Shown here one piece after another: positions 9,136 through 19,009 of a DNA stretch of 64,000 bases. Under the pieces are notes generated by a model that saw nothing but the letters and a program-made list of their open reading frames with translations, did no database searches and was not told the origin of the DNA. Both the position numbers and the translations under genes were made by a program. Origin of the DNA: a bacterium (lineage in GTDB: Bacteria > Patescibacteriota > WWE3 > 2-01-FULL-39-13 > JAACPI01). Location of the stretch: positions 115,698 to 179,697 of the forward strand of contig JAACPI010000001.1 of NCBI GenBank assembly GCA_009995545.1, written 5' to 3'. Each line of letters begins with the position of its first letter. Position 1 is the first letter of the stretch.

Positions 9136-10059
9136 ATGCCTAAAGACCTTAAACCTATTCTTGCCCTAATTACTGTGTCCGCCATTTGGGGAGGAGCCTC
9201 TGTAATCATTAAATATACTTTACAGTTTATCTCCCCTTTTTCTTTTTTATACATCAGGTTTGTTCTGGCTAGCATAATTTTATATTTTTTAGTTGACTGG
9301 GATAAACATGAGTACCTTATGAGGGTGAATAAAAAAGGTCTCTTTAAAATCTTTTTATTAGGTTCCTTGGGTAGTGCTGTTAACTTAGGGTTGTACTTTT
9401 TTGGTATTAAATACACTACAGCTATAGAGGCTACAATAATATATTCATTTACGCCCATATTTGTTTTATTCGGGAGTGTTTTTTTACTAAAAGAGAAAAT
9501 AACTAAACGTATTTGGTTGGGTTACGGCATAACTATTTTGGGTTTTTTGGTGGTAATTTTGCAGCCAATTTTAGATAGAAATGTGGAGGGGAGTGAGACA
9601 AGACTCTACGGTAATTTTTTAATTTTTCTATCCGTTTTAGCTTGGGCAATGTTTACGTTGATAAGTAAGAACGTGTTTAATCATGATAAGACAGGAAAGA
9701 GATCTTCTCCTCTATTTATAACATTTGTCACTTTTTTTAGTGGTGCCCTTGTGCTTATGCCCTTTGGTCTATATGAAATTTGGAATTCAGATATAGATTA
9801 TGTCCATGCTTTACCCGGGATTTTGTATATGACTATTTTTAGTACTGTTATCGCTTACAGTTTTTTTGAATATGGTGTGAAAAAAATAAAAGTTAGTCAG
9901 GCAAGTATTTTTCAGTATATACAGCCTGTTTTTACAATACCAATTGCGATGATAGCGCTTAATGAAAAATTCAGTATTTACTATATAGCTGGGGGAGCTT
10001 TATTATTACTGGGGTTATATTTTAGTGAAAGTAATGGTTCAAAAAAGTCTAATTTTTAA
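9136..10059 (+). CDS. EamA/DMT-superfamily transporter (10 TM)
   Basis: Two EamA-like halves of hydrophobic helices; 307 aa. Confidence 0.7.
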   Translation: MPKDLKPILALITVSAIWGGASVIIKYTLQFISPFSFLYIRFVLASIILYFLVDWDKHEYLMRVNKKGLFKIFLLGSLGSAVNLGLYFFGIKYTTAIEATIIYSFTPIFVLFGSVFLLKEKITKRIWLGYGITILGFLVVILQPILDRNVEGSETRLYGNFLIFLSVLAWAMFTLISKNVFNHDKTGKRSSPLFITFVTFFSGALVLMPFGLYEIWNSDIDYVHALPGILYMTIFSTVIAYSFFEYGVKKIKVSQASIFQYIQPVFTIPIAMIALNEKFSIYYIAGGALLLLGLYFSESNGSKKSNF

Positions 10060-10111
10060 TTCTTTTATCTAACCGTTTAACAATTTATCAATTAACACCT
10101 ACAATACATTC

Positions 10112-10819
10112 ATGGAAATAATATATTTAAATCACTCAAGCTTTTTAATTAAAACTAAATTGCAAGGAAACAAAATTATAAAAATTCTTTTGGATCCTTT
10201 TTCTAAAGAAATAGGACCAGATTTTAAAAGTACCGAGGCTGATATAGTTTTGATCTCCCACGACCACCCTGATCACAATAATTTGGCCGGTGTAAAAGGC
10301 TTGGACTTAAATACAGTAGGGGATGAATCCTTGGGTTCCAAGGGCTTAGGTCCTTACATTATTACTAAAGCGGGTCAATATGAGGTTGGTGGGATTCATA
10401 TAAAAGGGATATCTAGTTATCACGATAATAAAAAAGGAGAAGAAAGAGGTAAAAATATCATTTACACTATTTTTAGCGAAGGTTACAGAGTATGCTTTTT
10501 GGGCGATCTAGGACATAACTTAACAGATAATCAAGTAGAGGCTATTGGTGATATAAATACCTTGCTAATACCTGTTGGGGGTATTTACACTATTGATCCT
10601 GAAACTGCCAGTGAAGTAATTGGCCAAATAGAACCAAGTTTTGCAATTCCGATGCATTATAAAACTTCCTCGCACAAAGAAGAGTTAACCTTAAAACCTT
10701 TAGAGGAATTTACTAAACAAATGGGTGAGTCTGATCTTAAAACAAAAGACAGTTTTGAACCTCACGAAAGCTTATCTGACGAAACAGAAATAATAGTTTT
10801 AAAACCAACCTATTCTTAA
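10112..10819 (+). CDS. MBL-fold metallo-hydrolase
   Basis: 'LISHDHPDHNN' metal-binding motif and 'FLGDLGH'. Confidence 0.7.
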   Translation: MEIIYLNHSSFLIKTKLQGNKIIKILLDPFSKEIGPDFKSTEADIVLISHDHPDHNNLAGVKGLDLNTVGDESLGSKGLGPYIITKAGQYEVGGIHIKGISSYHDNKKGEERGKNIIYTIFSEGYRVCFLGDLGHNLTDNQVEAIGDINTLLIPVGGIYTIDPETASEVIGQIEPSFAIPMHYKTSSHKEELTLKPLEEFTKQMGESDLKTKDSFEPHESLSDETEIIVLKPTYS

Positions 10820-10905
10820 GATCTACAGACATCTTCTTGAAGTCCGTGGCTCCGTGGCTCTGAAAAGTATTTTGGCGTTGGGGACTTACGCAATAAAAAC
10901 GATTT

Positions 10906-12222
10906 ATGGAAAATATTAAACTTCAACCTCAAGATTTAGAAGCAGAAAAATCTGTTTTAGGAAGTATCTTAATTGATGACGAGGCAATGTTCGATATTGC
11001 AGAAATACTTCAGCCTGAGCTATTTTATGCCTCAAAGCATCAAAAAATATATGCAGGTATGCAAAGCCTATTTGAAAAAAGAGATCCCATTGACATGGTG
11101 TCCTTACCCGCAGAGTTAAAAAGACTTAAAACTTTAAAAGAAATTGGTGGGACAGCCTACTTAGCAACTCTAGTAGAGGGTACACCCACGAGCGCCCATA
11201 TTAAAAAGTATTCTCAAATAATTAAAGAAAACTACACACGAAGGGAGCTTATTAAAACTGGGGCTAGAATAAACGAGTTAGCTTTCGATGATGGTACTGA
11301 CAGCTCAGAACTTATAGATAAGGCTGAACAACTTTTGTTTGCAGTTTCACAAGACTTTGTAGAAAGAGATTTTAGCCATATAAAAGATGTATTAGCCATA
11401 ACTTTTGAAAAGATAGATGAAGTTCATAAAAATAAAGGTCAATTAAGGGGTGTGCCTACTGGGTTTCCTACCTTAGACAAAAAAACCAATGGTTTGCAAG
11501 AAAACAACCTAATTATTTTGGCTGCAAGGCCTTCTGTAGGTAAATCTTCTTTAGCATTAAATATTGCTCAGTTTGCAGCTAACCAAAAAAAGTACCCGGT
11601 AGCCATATTTTCACTTGAAATGAGTAGTGAAGAGATTGCAGATAGAATGTTAAGTGCGGAGGCGAGTTTGGATATGTTTAAGCTTAAAACAGGCAATATG
11701 TCCAAAAGCGAAATGGCCGAACTGGGGAATGCTTACGGTAAATTAGCAGAATCCCCAATTTTTATTGAAGACACTCCCGGCATTTCTATTATGGAGCTTA
11801 GAACCAAGGCTAGGCGTTTGGCGATGGAACAAGGCATAAAACTCATAATAGTTGATTACATTCAGTTAATGCGTGGAAGGGGTTTAGATAATAGGGCACA
11901 GGAGGTTGCTGAAATTTCACAGTCATTAAAAAATTTAGCCCGTGAGTTAAAAGTTCCTGTTTTGGCTTTAAGTCAGCTTAATAGGCAGGTTGAAAGCAGG
12001 GGAGGGGGACCGCAGCTTTCCGACTTGCGAGAATCTGGGGCCTTGGAGCAGGATGCTGACATTGTAATGTTTTTACATAGACCAGAGGAGGAAAATAGAC
12101 AAAGAATAGAATTATACATAGCAAAACATAGAAATGGGCCAACAGGAAAAATTGATCTGTACTTTAAGGGGGAACAAACAAGGTTTTTTGAGATTGATAA
12201 AACTGACCCCAATGAAGGTTAA
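10906..12222 (+). CDS. dnaB: Replicative DNA helicase DnaB
   Basis: N-terminal DnaB domain, Walker A 'ARPSVGKSSLALN', 'IIVDYIQLM', 'ALSQLNRQVESR...SDLRESG'. Confidence 0.9.
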   Translation: MENIKLQPQDLEAEKSVLGSILIDDEAMFDIAEILQPELFYASKHQKIYAGMQSLFEKRDPIDMVSLPAELKRLKTLKEIGGTAYLATLVEGTPTSAHIKKYSQIIKENYTRRELIKTGARINELAFDDGTDSSELIDKAEQLLFAVSQDFVERDFSHIKDVLAITFEKIDEVHKNKGQLRGVPTGFPTLDKKTNGLQENNLIILAARPSVGKSSLALNIAQFAANQKKYPVAIFSLEMSSEEIADRMLSAEASLDMFKLKTGNMSKSEMAELGNAYGKLAESPIFIEDTPGISIMELRTKARRLAMEQGIKLIIVDYIQLMRGRGLDNRAQEVAEISQSLKNLARELKVPVLALSQLNRQVESRGGGPQLSDLRESGALEQDADIVMFLHRPEEENRQRIELYIAKHRNGPTGKIDLYFKGEQTRFFEIDKTDPNEG

Positions 12223-12613
12223 AATTTTTCCTTCTTTTTTATTCTCTCTTTTATTTTTAGATTTAATCTTAAAGTTTGTATTTGTTAGGTGGGGGATGGT
12301 TACTATAAATAAAGGCATCTCTTTTTCATTATTTTCTAATTCTAATCTTACTTTTTCTCTCCACCTCGGTGCTCTTATTGTTCTAACTAATGGTTATTTT
12401 CTATTTTCTAGTAAAGCAACTTGGGCAGTTAATAAATTTTATCTTTTTTTAATTATACTGGCGGGATTTAGTAATTTTTTTGATCGAATTTTTTATGGTG
12501 GTGTAGTGGATTATATAAATCTCTATTTTTTTAAAAATAATTTAACGGATTTAGTAATTTTTTTGGGAGTTTGTGGTTTAATTTTGAATCAGTACATAAA
12601 ACCCTCAAAATAA
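12212..12613 (+). CDS. lspA: Lipoprotein signal peptidase (signal peptidase II)
   Basis: 'FDRIFYGGVVDYINLYFF...NLTDLVIFLGV' matches the LspA conserved region. Start chosen at the internal ATG at 12212, overlapping the dnaB stop by 11 nt; the longer ORF from 12134 is unlikely. Confidence 0.6.
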   Translation: MKVKIFPSFLFSLLFLDLILKFVFVRWGMVTINKGISFSLFSNSNLTFSLHLGALIVLTNGYFLFSSKATWAVNKFYLFLIILAGFSNFFDRIFYGGVVDYINLYFFKNNLTDLVIFLGVCGLILNQYIKPSK

Positions 12614-12725
12614 AACAGTTTAGCCGGTGACTGATGGCTAACTTATAATTATATGTTTATAATCTATACTATTGAGAACGGTACGGTCTCTTTTAAGAAA
12701 TTTATTTACTAGTTTAGGATAAAGA

Positions 12726-13628
12726 ATGATGGATTTAACAAAATTAATAGTCGAGGATAACCTTAATTTTTTTGCAGTAAACAAGCCAAAAGGTTTAATT
12801 GTTAATGTCTCCAATACAACTAGATCCGAAACCTTACAAGATTTAGTAAAAAAGCATATTGATCAGTCCTTAGATTATCATTTACAAATTCTTAATGTTT
12901 TAGAAAAAAAAGAAATTAAAGTTTTAAAAGAATCTAACTATGATAGTATTTCTAAATTGCTAATTAATGACCAGGTTAGAGAGGTGCTAAAGTCCTTAAT
13001 GGGTGTTTCGACTGAACTTATTAAAGAATTTACTGATAGAAATGGAATAGTCCATAGGTTAGATAAAGACACAAGTGGTGTTATATTGATTGCTAAGAAT
13101 GCTCCAGCCTTTAAAGAGCTAAAAAGTAAATTTGTAAAAAGAAGAGTCAGAAAAACATACTACGCAATAACCTTTGGTGATATTGTAAACACCTTAAAAG
13201 GTAATGACTTTATTCATGTAGATTTACCTTTAGGTAGAAATCCCAGACACCGAACTGAGTTTGCTATTGTTGCCACAGGTAGAAGTGCCGAAAGTTTTGT
13301 TTATGCAAGTAACCCTTACGAAATGCAAATTAGTGACTATAAAGAGTCAGCTAAAAAGAAAAAGGATAGCACTTTTTCCTGTGTTAAAGTTTTACCCAAG
13401 ACTGGAAGAACTCACCAGATAAGAGTTCACTTAAAAGCTTTAAATCATGAAATTTTAGGAGATAATACCTATATGGGTAAAAGTCAGAGTAAAGTAGCCA
13501 AAAAACTTTCTGCCCCGCTTATGTTACATGCCCACACTATTGAATTTAAATTTTTAACAAAAAGTTATAAACTTTCAGCTTCTTTTCCAAAGGAATTTGC
13601 TGAAGTTGTAAATAATATTTTTAAGTAG
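12726..13628 (+). CDS. RluA-family pseudouridine synthase
   Basis: Catalytic motif 'HRLDKDTSGVILIAKN', followed by 'TGRTHQIRVH'. Confidence 0.8.
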   Translation: MMDLTKLIVEDNLNFFAVNKPKGLIVNVSNTTRSETLQDLVKKHIDQSLDYHLQILNVLEKKEIKVLKESNYDSISKLLINDQVREVLKSLMGVSTELIKEFTDRNGIVHRLDKDTSGVILIAKNAPAFKELKSKFVKRRVRKTYYAITFGDIVNTLKGNDFIHVDLPLGRNPRHRTEFAIVATGRSAESFVYASNPYEMQISDYKESAKKKKDSTFSCVKVLPKTGRTHQIRVHLKALNHEILGDNTYMGKSQSKVAKKLSAPLMLHAHTIEFKFLTKSYKLSASFPKEFAEVVNNIFK

Positions 13629-13637
13629 TTAATTAAA

Positions 13638-15359
13638 ATGGATTACAGCCTGCTCATAGATTTAACCATTATATTATTCGGAGGTACTCTTGGGGGAATA
13701 ATAGCCACAAAGTTAAAACAACCCATTGTTGTTGGTTATATAGTTTCTGGATTACTTTTGGGATCATTAATACCTCATATTCGGGACGAGAGGGAGTTAA
13801 TAACCGTTATTGCTGAAATAGGGGTTTCTTTATTACTTTTTACTTTAGGGCTGGAATTTTCTTTAAATAGATTAAAGAGTGTAGGGAAGCCTGGAGTCTT
13901 GGGTGCAATAATTCAAATTCTTTTTATAATTTTAATATTTTTTGGTATTTTGCCTTCAATACTTAATATTGACTTTAATGTTGCCCTGTTTATTGGTGGG
14001 ATATTTGCTTTGTCGTCAACGGCAGTTGTTGCTAAAATTCTTACAGACAAGGGTGAGCTGGACAGTAGTCACGGGGATTTAATAATGGCTTGGTTAATTG
14101 TACAAGATATAGCTGTTGTCCCTTTGGCTTTAATTTTGCCGCAACTTGCTAGCAGCAACGGCTTTGAACTTATTCCTTTGCTTTTAACTACCGCAAAAAG
14201 TTTAGTGGCAATTTACCTTTTACTAATTTTAGGAAAAAAAACAGTTCCGTATTTGTTTAAAAGACTAGCACTATTTGATAACAGAGAACTCCTTTTAGTT
14301 AGTGCTTTTATGTTTTGTATAGGGGTTTCATTGGTGGCAAGTTTTTTGGGTTTATCTTTTGCTATTGGGGCTTTTTTGGCTGGACTTTTACTTTCGACTA
14401 GTGCAGTAAATCACGAGGTATTTACCGAAATTAGGCCCTTAAAAGACCTATTTAGTAGTGTGTTTTTTGTTTCTTTAGGGTTTTTAATTTCGCTGGGGGT
14501 TCTTTTTCACTACTTTTTTATTGCCTTAATGCTAGCGCTGTTAGTAATGATAATTAAAGTTTTAGTAATTTTAGTTTTAGTAATATTTTTTAATTATCAT
14601 TCTAAGTTAGCATTTTTAACTGCAGTTGCTCTTTTTCAAATTGGTGAGTTTAGTTTTATTTTGGCTAAAGTGGGTTTAGAGGCAAACATACTTTCAACTG
14701 AAATTTTTCAAATAGTAATTGCCTCTTCAATAATAACTATTTTACTTACCCCCGTTGCTTATAATTATGCCCCATCTGTATATAAAGGATTTAGAAATTT
14801 TGTAAAACAGTATGTTCCTAAATTTTACGATTTAATTTTTAACATAGCAGATAGTGACGCAAAAATGCCCAGACCCCGAAGATCTAAACTCAAAAACCAT
14901 ATGATTTTGGTAGGGTACGGGCGGGTAGGATCTTATATTGGTAAGGTTTTAAGTTTAACTGCAATACCTTATGTAGTTATAGATTTGCATTTTAGAACCT
15001 TGCAAGATTTACGAAAAAGGGGAGTATTTAGCATTTATGGCGACGCTATAAATAAAGATATTTTAAAATTAGCAAATATATCCCAAGCTAAGGGGGTAAT
15101 AATTGCTGTTCCAGATATTGTAACTAATGAGCTTATTTTAAATAATATTCGAAGTTTAAATCCAAGTGCCGAGGTTATAGTTAGAGCTCACCGACCTGAA
15201 GATATAGCTAAGCTTACCATAAGAGGGGTTAAACACATTATTGAGCCAGAGTTTGAGGCAAGTATGCAAATAGGGGAGAAGGTGCTTAAATTTTTTGGCA
15301 CAGAACGTAAAGAAATAAACGCTCTTTTAAGAAAGACGAGAGAAGATAGAAAGTACTAG
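13638..15359 (+). CDS. CPA2-family cation:proton antiporter (Kef-type) with C-terminal TrkA-N/RCK domain
   Basis: About 12 TM helices, then a Rossmann motif 'ILVGYGRVGSYIGKVL'. Confidence 0.75.
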   Translation: MDYSLLIDLTIILFGGTLGGIIATKLKQPIVVGYIVSGLLLGSLIPHIRDERELITVIAEIGVSLLLFTLGLEFSLNRLKSVGKPGVLGAIIQILFIILIFFGILPSILNIDFNVALFIGGIFALSSTAVVAKILTDKGELDSSHGDLIMAWLIVQDIAVVPLALILPQLASSNGFELIPLLLTTAKSLVAIYLLLILGKKTVPYLFKRLALFDNRELLLVSAFMFCIGVSLVASFLGLSFAIGAFLAGLLLSTSAVNHEVFTEIRPLKDLFSSVFFVSLGFLISLGVLFHYFFIALMLALLVMIIKVLVILVLVIFFNYHSKLAFLTAVALFQIGEFSFILAKVGLEANILSTEIFQIVIASSIITILLTPVAYNYAPSVYKGFRNFVKQYVPKFYDLIFNIADSDAKMPRPRRSKLKNHMILVGYGRVGSYIGKVLSLTAIPYVVIDLHFRTLQDLRKRGVFSIYGDAINKDILKLANISQAKGVIIAVPDIVTNELILNNIRSLNPSAEVIVRAHRPEDIAKLTIRGVKHIIEPEFEASMQIGEKVLKFFGTERKEINALLRKTREDRKY

Positions 15360-15382
15360 TTTTTTTGTCTTTAATTAACCTT

Positions 15383-16066
15383 TTACTCTTGTATGCCGAT
15401 TGAATCGGCAATTTCGTCGAGCATTTTTGTTGCAATCTCTGCAAGTTTCAAGGATTCTCTTAAATCTTGTGCTGTGGGTGACAAAAATCTACTACCCCAT
15501 TGTACCTCTAGATCTAAAATTCTCCCCATCCCAACCTGTCTAGAAGTAGCTACATCACTATAGATGGGAAATACATTCGGATCGTTGGGTACATGTTTAT
15601 CAATTACTAGGGTTTCGGGTTCACTGAATCCTGTATGAAGCAGCCAGGTTTTGTATGTACCTCACTGTCCGTAGATAAGCTGCATTGGTTGAGCAATTGC
15701 CTTCCCATTTTTGCCTAGTGTTACATAGGCATAAGCTTTTTTTAAATCTTTTTTGTTTTTTATCTCGATTATGACGCCCACTGCGGGGGATTCGTTATAT
15801 AAAGTGTCTATTAAGACCGCTTCAGGGAGGTAGGATTTATCCACGCCGTCCAACATAAATGATTCAAAATCTCCCCTGACAACAACCGCTTGTCCCTCTG
15901 TTCTAAGCTGTTGATTAGGAAAATCAAAATTCCTTGTTTCAAATAAATCTAGTAGTCTGCTTACTACTGGATGTTCAGAAACTCTATCTCTTGCTGTTTT
16001 ATACTCTGTTATTAATTGCGCATCTCTTTGTCTTCCTTCGTTAAAATAGCCGGGTGGTGGTGACAT
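15383..16066 (-). pseudogene. GC-rich foreign-looking gene with an in-frame TGA (15662-15664) followed by 92 more sense codons in the same frame; possible PD-(D/E)xK-like nuclease
   Basis: Manual reverse-complement translation shows the 134-aa ORF (…QLIYGQ*) continues in frame as 'GTYKTWLLHTGF…IADSIGIQE' to TAA at 15383-15385. GC is about 45%. The motif 'LIDTLYNESPAVGVIIEIK' (D…E-I-K) is nuclease-like; that assignment is weak. Confidence 0.4.
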
Positions 16067-16192
16067 AGTTTAAAATAAATTACATATTTTTTTACATACT
16101 CAATATAGTAAAAAAACTATAAGGTGTCAGTTTAGAATAGACTTAATCATGTTTAAATTATCTACTTACTTAAAGTTACTACTTTTGCAATA

Positions 16193-17224
16193 ATGGTAGT
16201 AATGCTTTTAACTATTTTAACTTTACTCCTTGGATTTGTTCTGCTAATTGGCGGAGCTAATTATTTAGTAAATGGGTCTTCTGCTATAGCTAAAAAACTA
16301 GGTATAAGTGAGTTGGTAATTGGTTTAACGGTTGTTGCTTTTGGCACATCCATGCCAGAGCTTGTAGTAAATATTATAGCAAGTTTTGAGGGAGCTAGCC
16401 AAATAGCTATTGGGAATGTTTTAGGTAGTAATGTATCTAATATTTTTTTAGTGTTGGGAGTTACTGCTCTTATTTACCCTTTAACAATTAAAAAAACAAC
16501 CGTAATAGGGGAGATACCTTTTGCCCTTTTTACAGTACTTTTGTTATTTGTTTTAGCTAACGATTCTCTTTTGCGATTTAAAAATGGTAATGGGGTGGGT
16601 ATTGATAGGGCAGATGGGCTAATATTGATTTTAGTTTTTAGCGTTTTCTTATATTACACTTTTGCAATTTCAAGATCTAGTAACAAAAATACCCCAAATT
16701 TTATAAAAAGATTTTTATCGTTAAATGGTGACACGGCCAAACAATTAATTGAGGATGTTTTGAATGTAAAAAAAGTTTCTTACTCAAAATCGGCGGGTCT
16801 AATACTGTTGGGTCTTTGTGGTTTAACTTTAGGTGGCAAAATAATTGTGGATGGTGCTGTTTCAATTTCACAGTCTTTAGGGTTAAGTCAGTTTGCAATT
16901 GGCGTAACTGTAGTGGCTGTTGGAACATCGTTACCTGAACTTGTCACTGGTGTTGTAGCTGCTTTAAAGAAAAAAAGTGATATTGCCATCGGAAACATTG
17001 TTGGTTCAAATATTTTCAATATTTTATGGATTTTAGGTTTAACCTCCATTATAAACCCCTTACCGTTTGATTTAAAAAATAATTTAGATATAGGTTTTAA
17101 CTTTTTAGCTACGCTTTTACTGATGCTTGGTTTAATGCTTAGTAAAAAACATATACTAGGAAGAGTTTGGGGAGCTGTATTCTTAGTTTCGTACGTAGTT
17201 TATATAACATTGCAATTTATATAA
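16193..17224 (+). CDS. CaCA-family Na+/Ca2+ exchanger (YrbG-like)
   Basis: Duplicated alpha-repeats 'GTSMPELVV' and 'GTSLPELVTG', with 'GNVLGSNVSNIFLVLGV' and 'GNIVGSNIFNILWILGL'. Confidence 0.75.
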   Translation: MVVMLLTILTLLLGFVLLIGGANYLVNGSSAIAKKLGISELVIGLTVVAFGTSMPELVVNIIASFEGASQIAIGNVLGSNVSNIFLVLGVTALIYPLTIKKTTVIGEIPFALFTVLLLFVLANDSLLRFKNGNGVGIDRADGLILILVFSVFLYYTFAISRSSNKNTPNFIKRFLSLNGDTAKQLIEDVLNVKKVSYSKSAGLILLGLCGLTLGGKIIVDGAVSISQSLGLSQFAIGVTVVAVGTSLPELVTGVVAALKKKSDIAIGNIVGSNIFNILWILGLTSIINPLPFDLKNNLDIGFNFLATLLLMLGLMLSKKHILGRVWGAVFLVSYVVYITLQFI

Positions 17225-17444
17225 GCCGATAAGTTTGTAGTTAGCAACAAAAAACTTACTTTACACAAAGCGTAATCTCTCTTACAATAGGGCTTAAAGA
17301 TCTAGTAAATAATATAAACCCTCGTTAAATCGAAAGATAACGTGTTATTTACTCAAATAAGGGGAACACCTACTTTGTAGCTATTCCACTTATCTTTTTA
17401 ACTTTTTGTAAGTTAAGTAGTTTTATTAATTAATTTAAAAAACA

Positions 17445-18437
17445 ATGAAAACAGCTATACCGAGCGCTCAAGAGCTATTACAGGCAGGAGTACATTTTGG
17501 ACATCAAACTAGAAGATGGCATCCAAAAATGGATAAATACATCCATAAAAAGCATTCTGGGATTCACGTTATCGACTTATTTAAAACTAAAGAATTACTA
17601 GAGGAAGCTGCCAAATTTGCTTACGAAACAGCAAGAACAGGAAAAAAGGTAATTTTTGTAGGTACTAAAGAGCAGGTAAAAGAAGTTGTAGAAATAGAGG
17701 CAAAAAGATCTGGGGCTTTATTTGTAACCGAAAGATGGTTTGGCGGTACCCTGACCAATTTTGAAGGGATTAAAGATAACAGACAAAAAATGTTAGATTT
17801 AAAAGCCAAAATGGAAGATGGAACTTTTAAAGATCTTACTAAAAGAGAAAGATTATTAATATCTAGGGATATAGAGAAACTAGACTTAAGCTACGGTGGT
17901 TTAGTAGGTTTACATGAACAACCCGGGGTACTTTTTATAGTAGACCCTAGAAAAGAAAAAACAGCTGTAAAAGAGGCTTTATTAAAGAATGTACCTATTA
18001 TTGCTTTAATAGATACAAACACGGATCCTACTAAAATAGATTATCCAATTCCTGGAAACGACGATGCCATAAAAAGTGTTGCTTTAATAACAAGAGTTAT
18101 TGCAGATGCAATTTTAGAAGGCTATAAAGACTTTGCTAGTGCAGAAAAAACTAAAGTAGTTGTCGAAGAAGGATCTGCTTATCCAGAGCTTGCTGGTAGA
18201 GATACCGAAAAAAAGGCTGCAACTAAAGAAAAAAACGAGCCTAAAGTAGTAGCTAAGGCCGATAAAAAAGAAAAATTACTTAAAGATTCCGATTTATCTG
18301 TAAAAACGGTAGATGCATTGAAGGCCGCAAAAATTTCTAACAGATCACAACTAGATAAAATGAGCGATGAGGAACTCGAGGCTGTTAAAGGTATAAGTAC
18401 AGCAGATATTAAAGAAATTAAACACTGGTTACAATAG
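17445..18437 (+). CDS. rpsB: 30S ribosomal protein S2 with about 80-aa Lys/Glu-rich C-terminal extension
   Basis: 'LLQAGVHFGHQTRRWHPKM' and 'ALIDTNTDP' signatures; 330 aa. Confidence 0.9.
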   Translation: MKTAIPSAQELLQAGVHFGHQTRRWHPKMDKYIHKKHSGIHVIDLFKTKELLEEAAKFAYETARTGKKVIFVGTKEQVKEVVEIEAKRSGALFVTERWFGGTLTNFEGIKDNRQKMLDLKAKMEDGTFKDLTKRERLLISRDIEKLDLSYGGLVGLHEQPGVLFIVDPRKEKTAVKEALLKNVPIIALIDTNTDPTKIDYPIPGNDDAIKSVALITRVIADAILEGYKDFASAEKTKVVVEEGSAYPELAGRDTEKKAATKEKNEPKVVAKADKKEKLLKDSDLSVKTVDALKAAKISNRSQLDKMSDEELEAVKGISTADIKEIKHWLQ

Positions 18438-18483
18438 AATAAAATTTCTAATTAATCTAATTTATTTAAATTTCTACTAAAAA

Positions 18484-18939
18484 ATGGACAAAAAATTAAT
18501 ATTACAATTAAAAGAAGAGACAGGTGCAGGAATAATGGATGCAAAAAGAGTATTAGATGAAACAAAAGGGGACTATGAGGCTGCAAAAAAAGTATTACTT
18601 AAAAAAGGTTTAGAAAAAGCAGGAAAAAAATCTGACCGAGAAATTAAAGCAGGTTTGGTTTGGAGTTATATTCATGGCGGTGAGCAAGGAGGAAGAATAG
18701 GCGTAATAGTTAAAGTAGGTTGCGAAACAGACTTTGTAGCAAAAACAGCCGATTTTACTACTCTTTGTAAAGAGGTAGCTATGCAAGTAAGTGCTATGGA
18801 TCCTAAAGATGTTAAAGCTTTGCTAAAACAAGAGTATATTAGAGATACGAGTAAAAATATTGAACAACTAATTAAAGAAACAATTGCAAAAGTAGGTGAA
18901 AATATTGTAGTTGCAGACTTTAGTAGGTTAGAAATATAA
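18484..18939 (+). CDS. tsf: Elongation factor Ts (minimal form)
   Basis: 'LKEETGAGIMDAKRVL' UBA-like N-terminus and the EF-Ts core; 151 aa, immediately downstream of rpsB. Confidence 0.85.
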   Translation: MDKKLILQLKEETGAGIMDAKRVLDETKGDYEAAKKVLLKKGLEKAGKKSDREIKAGLVWSYIHGGEQGGRIGVIVKVGCETDFVAKTADFTTLCKEVAMQVSAMDPKDVKALLKQEYIRDTSKNIEQLIKETIAKVGENIVVADFSRLEI

Positions 18940-19009
18940 GTTACCTAACTCCTTCTACATAAAAATACTGGTTCCAGTATTTAATATATCTTATGTTAAG
19001 TGTGTTTTG

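Noticed and set aside
9123-9458. 111-aa minus-strand ORF overlapping the EamA transporter start
   Set aside because: Antisense overlap with a membrane-transporter gene that has coherent TM architecture.
10820-10905. Tandem CCGTGGCT CCGTGGCT upstream of dnaB as a regulatory repeat
   Set aside because: Only two 8-bp copies with no symmetry. Too little to support a call.
12134-12211. Longer N-terminus of lspA starting at 12134 inside dnaB
   Set aside because: It would overlap dnaB by 89 nt. The internal ATG at 12212 gives a typical-length LspA beginning with its first TM helix.
11973-12318. Two minus-strand ORFs (79 and 68 aa) antisense to the dnaB end and lspA
   Set aside because: Antisense to conserved dnaB and lspA sequence with no coding-like features.
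16701-16928. 75-aa minus-strand ORF inside the Na+/Ca2+ exchanger gene
   Set aside because: Antisense shadow ORF within a gene with strong family motifs.
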